From contig JBPOHQ010000005.1 in assembly GCA_052035405.1 (NCBI GenBank), positions 1-62,235 of the forward strand: DNA of 62,235 nucleotides, read 5' to 3'. Origin of the DNA: Candidatus Nomurabacteria bacterium (lineage in GTDB: Bacteria; Patescibacteriota; Minisyncoccia; Phycocordibacterales; UBA9973). Numbering within the stretch: the stretch's first letter is position 1; every line of letters begins with the position of its first letter. The notes beneath the pieces are model-generated. The model made no database searches and was not told the origin of the DNA. It saw nothing but the letters and a program-made list of their open reading frames with translations. Shown piece after piece: positions 1 through 9,608 of the stretch. The position numbers and the translations under genes are program-made.

Positions 1-562
<562 letters not shown>

Positions 563-705
563 AACTAAAAGTTACATAGAACGAAACAAAATAAAAAACA
601 GCATTGCCTTCATTTTGAAAATTCCAAGATTGATCCTGCTCAAACAAATTATTGTTTCCTGATTTTTTATAAAACCAGGACAAAAAAATATCTAGAGACT
701 TGCGT

Positions 706-793
706 CCCTCCCCGTAACGGGAGGGGTTCTCTTTTGTCCCGGCGGAACGCCGGGACTGCTTACCCCACTTGATTGGCTCGTAATGAGGTAAGC
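706..793 (-). other. 16S rRNA leader with three GC-rich hairpins (706-725, 736-756, 758-793)
   Basis: Stems CCCTCCC/GGGAGGG, GTCCCGGCG/CGCCGGGAC and GCTTACC/GGTAAGC lie between the putative promoter (850-878) and the mature 16S 5' end (562). Likely pre-rRNA processing or antitermination structure. Confidence 0.4.
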
Positions 794-849
794 ATTATGT
801 ACTTGTCAAAGTAAACCGCCTATACCAACACTGATATAGACGTGCAGAG

Positions 850-878
850 AGTATATACGAAGCAAAAAGAGAAGTCAA
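850..878 (-). promoter_or_regulatory. putative rRNA promoter (TTGACT-N17-TATACT on minus strand)
   Basis: rc of 873-878 = TTGACT and rc of 850-855 = TATACT, with a 17-nt spacer, about 280 nt upstream of the 16S 5' end. Confidence 0.5.
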
Positions 879-888
879 CCCCGTGTAT

Positions 889-1113
889 TTAATCAATATC
901 TATAGAAAGTAATTTACTAGGATGATGATGTCCGTTTATGATTTTAACCTTATTTTTTGAGACTTTAAAGTGCTCTGCTACAAGCTCAAGAACTCTAGTA
1001 TTTGCCTCATTTCTTTCTGCTTTTTCTTTTACTGAAATTTTAAAATGATTGTTTGATTTTTGCTCAAAAATTTCTTTCTTAGCTCCAGTAAAAACGTTTA
1101 CTTTTATGTACAT
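889..1113 (-). CDS. DUF167 (YggU-like) family protein
   Basis: 74-aa ORF with the YggU-type pattern (...ANTRVLELVAEHFKVSKNKVKIINGHHHPSK...). Starts 6 nt after the upstream stop. Confidence 0.8.
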   Translation of the reverse strand: MYIKVNVFTGAKKEIFEQKSNNHFKISVKEKAERNEANTRVLELVAEHFKVSKNKVKIINGHHHPSKLLSIDID

Positions 1114-1119
1114 ACAAAA

Positions 1120-2040
1120 CTATTTAATAGTTGTATCGACTTCAAAATCCAAAATAGTTGTCTCGTTACTCTTTATTGTGAAGTACTTTCTCTGTTCTAC
1201 GCCAATGTAAGAAGGTGCAAGTTTTGCGACATACTTTCCAGCGGGAAGGGATATTTGATAATCTCCATATAGGTTAATAGGAGTAGTTTCTTTTATTTTT
1301 TGATCGTCTGACTGAAGAGAGATAACAATATATCTACCAGTGTACTGCCCTGGAGGAGTTTGGCATGCTTGGCCTTTTGTTTCATACGGACACCAAGGGC
1401 GAAGAAACAAGTGCCCAGTGAGATATCCATTTGCAATTGAAGCAACAGGAGCTTTATATACGACTCGAAGGGTGGCTGTATTGTTACCTATTGAACCTAG
1501 ATAGAAAGTATGGGTCTTCATTTTTATGATTTTATTACTCACTGTGCCAAGACGAATGTCTTCAGCAAATGACGCCGCCCCTCCATTTAAAGAAAAAAGT
1601 GCAGAAAGTTCTCCTACCCAAACACACTGCACTCCAAAATTACACATTGAATCCGAGATCTCTTTCAGGGTCACCACCAAGCCATCCGGCAAAGTCAAAG
1701 AATGATTAATACTTAAAGAAATATTTTTATCATAATTCGCAAGGGTTGCATCCTGCTCCACCGCTCCACCAGAGATGACTTGTGTTTGCGTCGTTTTAGT
1801 ATCAGAAGAAATATCTCGAACAAAGGTCTGACCGCCAGGTATAGTACACTTTTCTGGATAACTTTCTTGAATTGGATATCCTGCGGCTTTACATTGTTCG
1901 AAAGTGGTAATATTGGATGTCCTTTTACTGTTTGTCTTACGAGCAGCATTGAAGAAGAAAAACAGAGCACCGATAATAAACACAATTATTAAAATAAATA
2001 TAAATTTATATTTATTATTGTTTTTTGCTTCACTAGACAT
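1120..2040 (-). CDS. membrane-anchored hypothetical protein (C-terminal beta-sandwich, carboxypeptidase-regulatory-like suspected)
   Basis: 306-aa ORF with N-terminal TM helix FIFILIIVFIIGALFFFF. TATACT (2047-2052) ends 6 nt before the ATG. Confidence 0.75.
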   Translation of the reverse strand: MSSEAKNNNKYKFIFILIIVFIIGALFFFFNAARKTNSKRTSNITTFEQCKAAGYPIQESYPEKCTIPGGQTFVRDISSDTKTTQTQVISGGAVEQDATLANYDKNISLSINHSLTLPDGLVVTLKEISDSMCNFGVQCVWVGELSALFSLNGGAASFAEDIRLGTVSNKIIKMKTHTFYLGSIGNNTATLRVVYKAPVASIANGYLTGHLFLRPWCPYETKGQACQTPPGQYTGRYIVISLQSDDQKIKETTPINLYGDYQISLPAGKYVAKLAPSYIGVEQRKYFTIKSNETTILDFEVDTTIK

Positions 2041-2046
2041 ATTTAA

Positions 2047-2052
2047 AGTATA
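2047..2052 (-). promoter_or_regulatory. -10 box TATACT, 6 nt upstream of ATG 2040 (leaderless-type)
   Basis: rc of 2047-2052 = TATACT. 2041-2046 is the only spacer before the start codon. Confidence 0.45.
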
Positions 2053-2063
2053 TCACGTTGAGA

Positions 2064-2348
2064 TTATTTAATAGCACCTTCTTTTTTAAGTAATGCTATC
2101 TTTGCGGACTGACCTCCCCTATTATAATCTCCTATTTTCCCGTCACTCCGTATTACCCTATGACAGGGCACTGTTTTGTCGTAATTAGATTTCATAAAAT
2201 TACCCACAGCCCTACTCGCGTTCACATTACCCGCCTTTTTAGCAACCTCTTTATAGGTCATAGTCTTACCCTTCGGAATATTTCGTACGACCTCTAGGAC
2301 TTTTTCTCTGAAAGTTATTTTCAAATTTTTATTCAACGACTTGCTCAT
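2064..2348 (-). CDS. methylated-DNA-[protein]-cysteine S-methyltransferase, DNA-binding/active-site domain only (MGMT family)
   Basis: 94 aa with the PCHRV active-site motif and a preceding HTH (TYKEVAKKAGNVNASRAVGN). Confidence 0.85.
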   Translation of the reverse strand: MSKSLNKNLKITFREKVLEVVRNIPKGKTMTYKEVAKKAGNVNASRAVGNFMKSNYDKTVPCHRVIRSDGKIGDYNRGGQSAKIALLKKEGAIK

Positions 2349-2368
2349 GAGAGAATGATATCACAGAT

Positions 2369-2397
2369 AAAAAAGCCGGAAAATTAATTCCGGCTTC
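2369..2397 (-). terminator. rho-independent terminator after 2417..2842
   Basis: Minus strand reads GAAGCCGGAattaattTTCCGGCTTTTTT. Confidence 0.6.
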
Positions 2398-2416
2398 ATT
2401 AATAAAACACTATTTT

Positions 2417-2842
2417 CTATTCAACTCCATTTTCTTTATTCAAATGATCTTCTCTATTTTTTTTAATTACGTATATATAAAAGATATATACATGTAATAA
2501 AAATTCGGTTGTCGCTACACCCCACAGCATCTCCTTAAAATTAATTATCTGCGGAATTACCGCTTTTATTGTAATAATTCCTGTGATTAGTAAAAACAAG
2601 AAAAAGATTATTTTTGGATTAAAATTCAGATCTATTTTGTCAGCATTTTCATTATCATATACGATCAAATAATCAATAAGAATAGAAAAGTAAATAAGGA
2701 ATAGTACAAAGAAAAAATTAAATAAAATATTAAATTCTTCTAAATCGAAACCTTTTAAATAACTCAAAAGAAAAAGAATTAGGAGTATTACTGGATGCCC
2801 TAAGAACATCCAAAGCAGGATACTCAATCGTGATTTTTTCAT
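2417..2842 (-). CDS. multi-pass membrane protein, unknown function
   Basis: 141-aa ORF with about 4 hydrophobic helices. Confidence 0.7.
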   Translation of the reverse strand: MKKSRLSILLWMFLGHPVILLILFLLSYLKGFDLEEFNILFNFFFVLFLIYFSILIDYLIVYDNENADKIDLNFNPKIIFFLFLLITGIITIKAVIPQIINFKEMLWGVATTEFLLHVYIFYIYVIKKNREDHLNKENGVE

Positions 2843-2869
2843 AATAGAAATTTTTTTTTATTGAAGAAA

Positions 2870-3388
2870 TTACTTTTTTAGATCCTCATACCATTGACGA
2901 AGAAATTTAATCTGTTCGTCCAGAAAAATTCCTGGGACTCCAGACTTTTTACAATTTGGATCATCATAAGAAGACTGAAAGTACCAGTGGTCATGGCTTA
3001 GTTTATCTGAAAAGACTAGAAATCCTAGTCGGATTATCGCCCCGCATTTTGTACGAGAACCAGAAAATTCTCTTTTTATCACTAAAACCTTATGTATACC
3101 ACCCATACCCATGTAATTTAATTCAGTAAAAACTGAATCTATTTTCAATTCTTTTTTAGAAAAATACAACTTCTCTTCTTTGTACTGTATTTTATCCAGT
3201 ATTTTCAAAACCCAGTAATCGGGCTTTTTTACTTGATTCTTTTGAGCATTTAGATTAAAGAAAAACAAAGAGATAACGAGAGTAATAGAAAATCTGCAGT
3301 TTTTCATAGTGTTGTTTTTTGTTTTAAATTTTGAAAAAACTATGTCAAATTTACTTAAACATAAAGTACCTTGTTTTGTCAAATACAT
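2870..3388 (-). CDS. secreted hypothetical protein (true start may be ATG at 3307)
   Basis: 172-aa ORF. A signal-peptide-like MKNCRFSITLVISLFFFNLNAQ begins at the internal Met (3305-3307). Confidence 0.65.
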   Translation of the reverse strand: MYLTKQGTLCLSKFDIVFSKFKTKNNTMKNCRFSITLVISLFFFNLNAQKNQVKKPDYWVLKILDKIQYKEEKLYFSKKELKIDSVFTELNYMGMGGIHKVLVIKREFSGSRTKCGAIIRLGFLVFSDKLSHDHWYFQSSYDDPNCKKSGVPGIFLDEQIKFLRQWYEDLKK

Positions 3389-3398
3389 CTGACAAAAA

Positions 3399-3680
3399 TC
3401 ACTTTAGTATAAAGTTAATCTTTATCACATCCCCCTCCCAAATATTTTCTTTTTTCCTTACAGACGCTTTTACTGAGAGAAGATATGTGCCTGAAATTTT
3501 GTGTGGAAAAAGTGCCGTATCCCAGCTCGTCTTCCCTATCTTGGCTGTTATATATACGAATCCTTTTTTATAGACATTACGAATATCTTCTGAAATCTTT
3601 TTATCAATATTCACAAAATGCCAACCTGCATCTCCGGGCCACTTCCAAACCTTCGCCTCGATTTTGAAATTCTTTCTCAT
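3399..3680 (-). CDS. DUF1905 domain protein
   Basis: 93 aa with KVWKWPGDAGWHFVNI...ITAKIGKTSWDTALFPHK...GDVIKINF, typical of DUF1905. Confidence 0.8.
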   Translation of the reverse strand: MRKNFKIEAKVWKWPGDAGWHFVNIDKKISEDIRNVYKKGFVYITAKIGKTSWDTALFPHKISGTYLLSVKASVRKKENIWEGDVIKINFILK

Positions 3681-3707
3681 AATTATAAAGTACCTTATCG
3701 TAAATTT

Positions 3708-3735
3708 AAAAGGAACCCCAGAGGATTCCTTTTTT
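3708..3735 (-). terminator. rho-independent terminator (AAAAGGAA/TTCCTTTT stem)
   Basis: Hairpin aaaaggaa-ccccagagga-ttcctttt lies directly downstream of the small ORF 3753..3884. Confidence 0.55.
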
Positions 3736-3752
3736 AAGTGAAAATAAAATAG

Positions 3753-3884
3753 TTACCTTCTTCGAAAGAAAAAATAAAGAAGGGCCCCGACCGGAATCGC
3801 TAACAATAAAGTGTAAATTGCCGTTAACACGACACCACCGATGACAGCCAGAACGAAGAAGACTTTGAAGGCTACATCTTTCAT
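3753..3884 (-). CDS. 43-aa hydrophobic small membrane protein (below the ORF-track cutoff)
   Basis: Hand translation gives MKDVAFKVFFVLAVIGGVVLTAIYTLLLAIPVGALLYFFFRRR*. It fills a gap between a terminator and the next gene. The overlapping 62-aa track ORF looks non-coding. Confidence 0.4.
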   Translation of the reverse strand: MKDVAFKVFFVLAVIGGVVLTAIYTLLLAIPVGALLYFFFRRR

Positions 3885-3939
3885 AATGTAACAATTTAAG
3901 GTGAAGGAAAATTTCTTTGCCTATTCTTATCTATTTAAA

Positions 3940-4413
3940 TTAAATAGTCAAATCAGCTAAATACTGAAAATGTTTTTCCTCTACTGGCATAATTGAAAGT
4001 CTCTCACCTTTGCGTGCCACTCGCATATTTTGTAATTTTGGATCAAATTTTATTTGAGCGAGAGTTACAGGAGTTTTGAACTTTTTTACAAAACCCATAT
4101 CTACGCAGAACCATACAGGATTTTCTACAGTAGCCCTCTTTTCATAGTATTCCCCCTTTTTATCAAATTGCGTTTGATCTGGATGTACCTTGCTTACTAC
4201 TTTCGCTATACCATACACACCAGTAGGATTTTCTTTTGTGCCGTTCGAATGATGGAAAAGGCACAAGTCCCCAACCTGCATCTCTTTCATAAAATTTCGT
4301 GCTTGAAAATTCCGCACGCCTTCCCATGCGATTTGCTTATCTTTCTTTAAATCATCAATACTATAACAATCCGCTTCAGATTTTATGAGCCAATATTTTT
4401 TCAACTTTTTCAT
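3940..4413 (-). CDS. EVE (PUA-like) domain protein
   Basis: 157 aa with YWLIKSEAD...WEGVRNFQARNFMKEMQVGDLCLFHHS, typical of the EVE/THYN1 family. Confidence 0.85.
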   Translation of the reverse strand: MKKLKKYWLIKSEADCYSIDDLKKDKQIAWEGVRNFQARNFMKEMQVGDLCLFHHSNGTKENPTGVYGIAKVVSKVHPDQTQFDKKGEYYEKRATVENPVWFCVDMGFVKKFKTPVTLAQIKFDPKLQNMRVARKGERLSIMPVEEKHFQYLADLTI

Positions 4414-4419
4414 AAATAA

Positions 4420-4428
4420 ATTTTAACA
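4420..4428 (-). promoter_or_regulatory. extended -10 TGtTAAAAT, 6 nt upstream of ATG 4413
   Basis: rc of 4420-4428 = TGTTAAAAT. Confidence 0.45.
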
Positions 4429-4430
4429 TA

Positions 4431-4465
4431 AAAAAATCTTCCATTTGGGAATGGAAGATTTTTTG
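4431..4465. terminator. bidirectional hairpin terminator
   Basis: AAAAAATCTTCCATT-tggg-AATGGAAGATTTTTT. It lies about 250 nt downstream of the 4717 stop. Confidence 0.6.
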
Positions 4466-4716
4466 TTTTTCCCGCAACATTTTGCAATAGCTTTCTTGTC
4501 TTTATTTTTAGACTAGGCTATGAATCAAATGACTCGAGAATAGCAAAGGGACCTTTAAGTATGTCCCAATCGCTGGGTTTAATACCAGAATAGGTTTTGA
4601 GAATCGCTCCTAGTGCACCCAGAAGCGATCACATAACCATTATTGGTATAATAATGAGGTAGCTCATAAAGAAAGAATTTTCGTTAAAAATACTCTCTGT
4701 TTATATAAAAGTCAAT

Positions 4717-5418
4717 TTATTTCTTATTCAAATATTCTAACCTTTCCTTCTCTGCAAATTTTTCTATCGCGTACCGAAGCATAGTACGAGGAAGCAGAGC
4801 AGCTTTTTTGTCGAGATATTCTTTCAATCTTTTTTCATCTTTCTTTCCTGCTTCACGGAGCATCCATCCGCACGCTTTATGAATAAGGTCATGAGTATGC
4901 TTATCGAGTGTATCGACTATCTTATACGTCCAATCAAGCTCTCCTCTCCTAATAAATGCAAAAGTCGCGACGATTGCAATGCGTTGTTCCCATAAATCTT
5001 TTGAATGAGAAAGGGTGAGGAGTATTTTTCTATCAGTTTTATCTATTAAAAAGTCTCCTAAAATTTGATGAGCTGAGGTATCCACGAGATCCCAATTATT
5101 CACGTACTTTGTGTTCTCCAAATAAAACTTCACTATGTTTTCTTTTTCTTTTATGTCCGCTGCTTTATACTGAGCGACAAGTATAAAAAGTGCTACAAGA
5201 CGAACTTCATGCACTTTGTTTTGCAAGAGCTTTAAAAGTTCTTTTCTAGGAATATGTATGTATCGTAGAGCAATCTTTCGAGAGGTTGGAACATCGAGCC
5301 CCCAGAATATATCTCCTTCTCCATATTGCCCTTTACCCGTCTTGAAAAATCTGCCTAGCACTGTGCCCTTGTTCTCATTCCTGTATTTCTTGATATCCGT
5401 AATTACTTTTTGTTCCAT
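4717..5418 (-). CDS. DNA alkylation repair protein (AlkD/AlkC-like HEAT-repeat glycosylase family)
   Basis: 233 aa with FFKTGKGQYGEGDIFWGLDVP and NNWDLVD motifs. Confidence 0.85.
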   Translation of the reverse strand: MEQKVITDIKKYRNENKGTVLGRFFKTGKGQYGEGDIFWGLDVPTSRKIALRYIHIPRKELLKLLQNKVHEVRLVALFILVAQYKAADIKEKENIVKFYLENTKYVNNWDLVDTSAHQILGDFLIDKTDRKILLTLSHSKDLWEQRIAIVATFAFIRRGELDWTYKIVDTLDKHTHDLIHKACGWMLREAGKKDEKRLKEYLDKKAALLPRTMLRYAIEKFAEKERLEYLNKK

Positions 5419-5424
5419 TTGTAT

Positions 5425-5430
5425 AGTATA
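5425..5430 (-). promoter_or_regulatory. -10 box TATACT, 6 nt upstream of ATG 5418
   Basis: rc of 5425-5430 = TATACT. Confidence 0.45.
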
Positions 5431-5516
5431 GTGGCAAACGGAGAAAAAAGAAATAAAGCTTTATTTTTAAGGTTATATACCTGAATTAGTTGCATTTTTG
5501 ACCTAAATATGCGACA

Positions 5517-5768
5517 ATGACACCCATGAATGTAATAGCAAATATTTTACCGTACGCGCAAATAATCCTTGGAGTCATACTTATTATGTCAATTTTACTA
5601 CAGCAATCAGGTGCCGGAGCAGGTGGTGCACTTGGTGGCGGAGACATGAATACATTTCACAGCACAAGAAGAGGTTTTGAAAAATTCCTCTTTATTGTGT
5701 CTGTCGTATGTGCGATACTTTTTGTGCTCTCAACCCTCCTTGCTATAATAGTAAAAACAGGCTTTTAA
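5517..5768 (+). CDS. secG: preprotein translocase subunit SecG
   Basis: 83 aa with two TM helices, a Gly-rich loop (LLQQSGAGAGGALGGG) and RRGFEK. Confidence 0.85.
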   Translation: MTPMNVIANILPYAQIILGVILIMSILLQQSGAGAGGALGGGDMNTFHSTRRGFEKFLFIVSVVCAILFVLSTLLAIIVKTGF

Positions 5769-5802
5769 TAAAGTCTCAATTAACCTTTTAGCTTAATTTA
5801 AT

Positions 5803-7560
5803 ATGGAAAATCAAACCAGTCGCATACGTCGTTTCCGACTGCCGTCCAAACAAGAAATAGTGTCGGCTTTTTTATCTTTCACAAAATTAGAGTGGAGGGT
5901 ATTTTTAGGATTACTTGTTGTACTTCTGGTGAGCACTCTCCTTATCCTCCAAAGTATTAACCAGTCTTTCATGGTGAAAGTTCCAATGGAAGGAGGCACC
6001 CTGACTGAAGGTATTATTGGCTCTCCTCGTTTTATAAACCCCCTCCTTGCTACCAGTGACGCAGATTTAGATATGACTGCTTTAGTTTATAGTGGACTCA
6101 TGAGAAAAGGCGGTAATGGTGAAATGATTCCGGACCTTGCAGAAAAAGTAGATATTTCAAAAGATGGTCTGACATACATTTTTACTTTAAAAAATAAAAT
6201 CTATTTTCACGACAACAAACCTGTAACCGCAGACGATATACTTTTTACTATTAATGAAATAAAAAATCCAGCAACAAAAAGTCCTCGCAAGGGTGCATGG
6301 GAAGGTGTTTCTGTTCAGAAAATAGACGACAAAACAATTGAATTCAAACTCAAACAACCATTTGCTTCATTTTTAGAAAATACAACAATCGGAATACTTC
6401 CAATACATATCTGGAAAAACTCTACGATTGAATTAAGTGATTACAATATTAATCCCATAGGAACTGGACCATACATGGTAGACGCCGTAGACAAAAAATC
6501 TGATGGGGTTGTAAATTCATATGATTTAATTGCTTTTAAAAAATTCAGTCTGGGAAAACCATATATAAAAAATCTACACTTATATTTTTATAAAAATGAA
6601 GAAGAATTGTTGGTTGCTATTAAGAAAGGCGAAGTTGTACAAGCAAGTTCTATTTCACCAGAACACACTCAAGAATTAAAAGATAAAGGATATACAATAA
6701 CAACATCTACGCTCCCTCGAGTTTTTGGACTCTTTTTTAACCAAAGTCAAAATACACTTTTTACGAATAAAAATATAGTAAAAGCAATAGATCTAGCAAT
6801 AGACAAGGAACGCATCGTCCAAGAAATTCTTTCAGGGTACGGTGTGCCAATAGATGGACCAATACCTAAAAACATCATTGATTACCAAACACTTGAAAGC
6901 ACAGAGAATTCCTCAAGAGAAGAGAATCTCAAAAAGGCAGCCAATCTCCTTGCAAAAGACGGTTGGAAAAAAAATGAAGCGGGATTCCTTGAAAAGAGTA
7001 CAACAGACAAGAAAAAAACAACCGTAACCCCTCTTGAATTCTCAATATCTACAAGTAACGCACCTGAGCTTTCAAAAGCTGCAAATATTATAAAAGAAAA
7101 TCTTGAAGCAGTTGGAATAAAAGTTGAAATAAAAACATTTGATGTAGGAAATTTAAACCAAATAGTTATACGCCCTAGAAAATATGATGCCCTTTTCTTT
7201 GGTCAAATAATCAATCACGAATCAGATCTTTTTGCATTCTGGCACTCTACTCAAAGAAAAGACCCAGGACTTAATGTATCGCTCTACACCAATGCCAAAG
7301 TAGACAAAATTCTTGAAGAAGCGTTTACTACTATCAATGAACAAGAACGAATAAGGAAATATGCTCAGTTTGAAAACGAAGTCAAAAAAGACATGCCAGC
7401 TATCTTCTTGTACAGTCCAAACTTCGTATATGTCGTATCAAAAGATACTCAAGGCATCAAAATAGACCACATAACTTCACCAAAGGATAGATTCCTAAAT
7501 GTGTATGTATGGTATACTAAGACCGACAATGTTTGGAAAATATTTTCTAAACAAAACTAG
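5803..7560 (+). CDS. ABC transporter substrate-binding protein, family 5 (peptide/nickel, OppA-like), membrane anchored
   Basis: 585 aa with an N-terminal TM anchor. SBP_bac_5-like layout (LTEGIIGSPRFINPLLA..., ...DPGLNVSLYTN...). Confidence 0.8.
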   Translation: MENQTSRIRRFRLPSKQEIVSAFLSFTKLEWRVFLGLLVVLLVSTLLILQSINQSFMVKVPMEGGTLTEGIIGSPRFINPLLATSDADLDMTALVYSGLMRKGGNGEMIPDLAEKVDISKDGLTYIFTLKNKIYFHDNKPVTADDILFTINEIKNPATKSPRKGAWEGVSVQKIDDKTIEFKLKQPFASFLENTTIGILPIHIWKNSTIELSDYNINPIGTGPYMVDAVDKKSDGVVNSYDLIAFKKFSLGKPYIKNLHLYFYKNEEELLVAIKKGEVVQASSISPEHTQELKDKGYTITTSTLPRVFGLFFNQSQNTLFTNKNIVKAIDLAIDKERIVQEILSGYGVPIDGPIPKNIIDYQTLESTENSSREENLKKAANLLAKDGWKKNEAGFLEKSTTDKKKTTVTPLEFSISTSNAPELSKAANIIKENLEAVGIKVEIKTFDVGNLNQIVIRPRKYDALFFGQIINHESDLFAFWHSTQRKDPGLNVSLYTNAKVDKILEEAFTTINEQERIRKYAQFENEVKKDMPAIFLYSPNFVYVVSKDTQGIKIDHITSPKDRFLNVYVWYTKTDNVWKIFSKQN

Positions 7561-7626
7561 TTTAATGGAGGTTCAAAAAACTCATTTTAAATTATTATTA
7601 AGCATTAAAATTAACAAGAACATATA

Positions 7627-9606
7627 ATGAAAAAAAACAGACTACCTTTCAGTGCTTTCAGTATTGAAAAAAATAACAAAGAAAACGCACATCTACAAAA
7701 CCATCCAAATCAAAGGGAGAATATAACAAGCACTTCTCTGCCTAAAACAACTCACCCTCATCACAGAAACAATACTGCAAACCAAAACAAAGGAAAGAAA
7801 ACTATAAAAAGCTCTACTTTTCAATATTCAAAGTTTGGAAAAGGAAAAGGGCGTGCACCTCAACGATTCGGTTCAAAACCACAGAATAAAATATCAACAG
7901 ACGGTCGTTCTATTCCCCCACCAGAACCAGGAGTTATTCGTGTGATTCCACTTGGAGGAGTAGAAGAAATTGGGAAAAACATGACCGCGATTGAAATCGG
8001 TGATGATATTATCGTCATTGATGCTGGTATGCATTTCTCTACAGAAGAAACTCCTGGAGTAGATTATGTTATACCAAACACAACATATCTCGAAGAAAGG
8101 AAGGAAAAAATTCGTGGTTTATTTATTACTCACGGGCACCTAGACCACATTGGTGGTGTGCCTCTTGTATTATCCCGAATTGGCAACCCTCCGGTATACT
8201 CTCGAAAACTTTCTATATTAATGATGAGAAAGAGACAAGCAGAATTTCCTCACCTTCCAGCAATGAAAGAAAATATCGTAGAAAAAGACGACGTCATTAC
8301 CTGTGGAAAAATAAGAATAAAATTCTTTGGGGTTACACACACAATACCAGACTCTATGGGTCTTATTATTGAAACAGAGCAAGGCTGGATTGTCACTCCT
8401 GGAGACTACAAACTCGATCAAATAGACGGTGTTGTGTCAAAAGAAGAAGAAAAAGAATATTCAATTTTTGATAAAGCAAAAGTATTACTGCTCATGACCG
8501 ACTCTACAAACATCGAAAATGAAGGTTTTTCTCTTCCAGAAATAAAAGTACACCGAGGACTTGAGAACCTTATCAAGAAAGTTCCTGGACGTATTATCAT
8601 CGCCGCTTTCGCTTCACACATAACTCGTCTTGCACACGTGGTTAAAACAGCTGAAGAACTTGGTAAAAAAGTAGCACTCGATGGACGAAGTATGAAGACA
8701 AACATCGAAGTAGCAATCGAAGCGGATTATTTTGTACCTAAAAAAGGAACCATCATACCTATCGAAGATGCTGACAAATATCCACCAAACAAAGTAATTA
8801 TCCTCATGACTGGTGCCCAAGGAGAAGAGTTCGCTTCACTCAATAGGGCAGCAAATAAATCTCATGCAAAATTTCAACTCCACAAAGGTGATACGATTAT
8901 TCTCTCTGCTTCTATTGTTCCAGGAAATGAACTAAAGGTTCAAAAAATGAAAGATGGTTTAACTCGACAAGGTGTCCGTATTATCACCTATAGAACAGGA
9001 GGTGAAGACTTCGTGCATGCAACTGGACACGGTAACCAAGAAGATATAAAATGGCTCCACAGAAAAACTCACGCTAAATTCTTTATTCCAATACATGGAC
9101 ATCACTCAATGCTTGTACGACACAAAGAACTTGCAATGGAAGTAGGAACACCTGAAGAAAATATTATTGTGCCAGATAATGGATCTATTATTGAAATATC
9201 ACCAGATGGAGAAAAAATATCTGTTCGAAAAGAAAAAGCTCCTAATGGGCTCATGATGGTAGATGGTATGTCTGTTGGGGACAGTACTGACGTCGTCATT
9301 AAAGACCGACAAATGCTTGCCCAAGATGGTATGTTTGTGATTATTGCTGTCGTAGATCAAAATACTGGCAAACTTAAAAAATCCCCAGATCTTATTTCTC
9401 GTGGATTTGTATATTTGAAAGAAAACCAAGAACTATTAAGACAAGTACGCATTATTATAAAGAAGACTGTTGAAGATGCTGCTGTAAAAATGAACCCAAT
9501 AGATTTTGATTATATTAAAGCGAATCTAGGAGAAAGCGTTTCAAAATTCTTGTATCAAAAGACATCAAAAAGACCTCTAGTCATTCCAGTCATACTAAAC
9601 ATTTAA
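7627..9606 (+). CDS. rnj: ribonuclease J with ~100-aa basic low-complexity N-terminal extension
   Basis: 659 aa. Metallo-beta-lactamase HGHLDHIGG motif, beta-CASP and C-terminal domains collinear with RNase J. Confidence 0.9.
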   Translation: MKKNRLPFSAFSIEKNNKENAHLQNHPNQRENITSTSLPKTTHPHHRNNTANQNKGKKTIKSSTFQYSKFGKGKGRAPQRFGSKPQNKISTDGRSIPPPEPGVIRVIPLGGVEEIGKNMTAIEIGDDIIVIDAGMHFSTEETPGVDYVIPNTTYLEERKEKIRGLFITHGHLDHIGGVPLVLSRIGNPPVYSRKLSILMMRKRQAEFPHLPAMKENIVEKDDVITCGKIRIKFFGVTHTIPDSMGLIIETEQGWIVTPGDYKLDQIDGVVSKEEEKEYSIFDKAKVLLLMTDSTNIENEGFSLPEIKVHRGLENLIKKVPGRIIIAAFASHITRLAHVVKTAEELGKKVALDGRSMKTNIEVAIEADYFVPKKGTIIPIEDADKYPPNKVIILMTGAQGEEFASLNRAANKSHAKFQLHKGDTIILSASIVPGNELKVQKMKDGLTRQGVRIITYRTGGEDFVHATGHGNQEDIKWLHRKTHAKFFIPIHGHHSMLVRHKELAMEVGTPEENIIVPDNGSIIEISPDGEKISVRKEKAPNGLMMVDGMSVGDSTDVVIKDRQMLAQDGMFVIIAVVDQNTGKLKKSPDLISRGFVYLKENQELLRQVRIIIKKTVEDAAVKMNPIDFDYIKANLGESVSKFLYQKTSKRPLVIPVILNI

Positions 9607-9608
9607 AA

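Noticed and set aside
4518-4667. Minus-strand 49-codon ORF (MSYLIIIPIMVM-TGA-SLLGALGAILKTYSGIKPSDWDILKGPFAILESFDS) with one in-frame TGA at 4629-4631. It hints at UGA recoding as in Gracilibacteria/SR1.
   Set aside because: RF2 (which reads UGA) is encoded in the window. TGA clearly terminates another gene (28877-28879). Long housekeeping ORFs are intact under the standard code. The ORF lacks the -10-N6-ATG context. It is more likely a decayed small gene or a chance ORF inside the long 3' region between 4717 and the terminator at 4431-4465.
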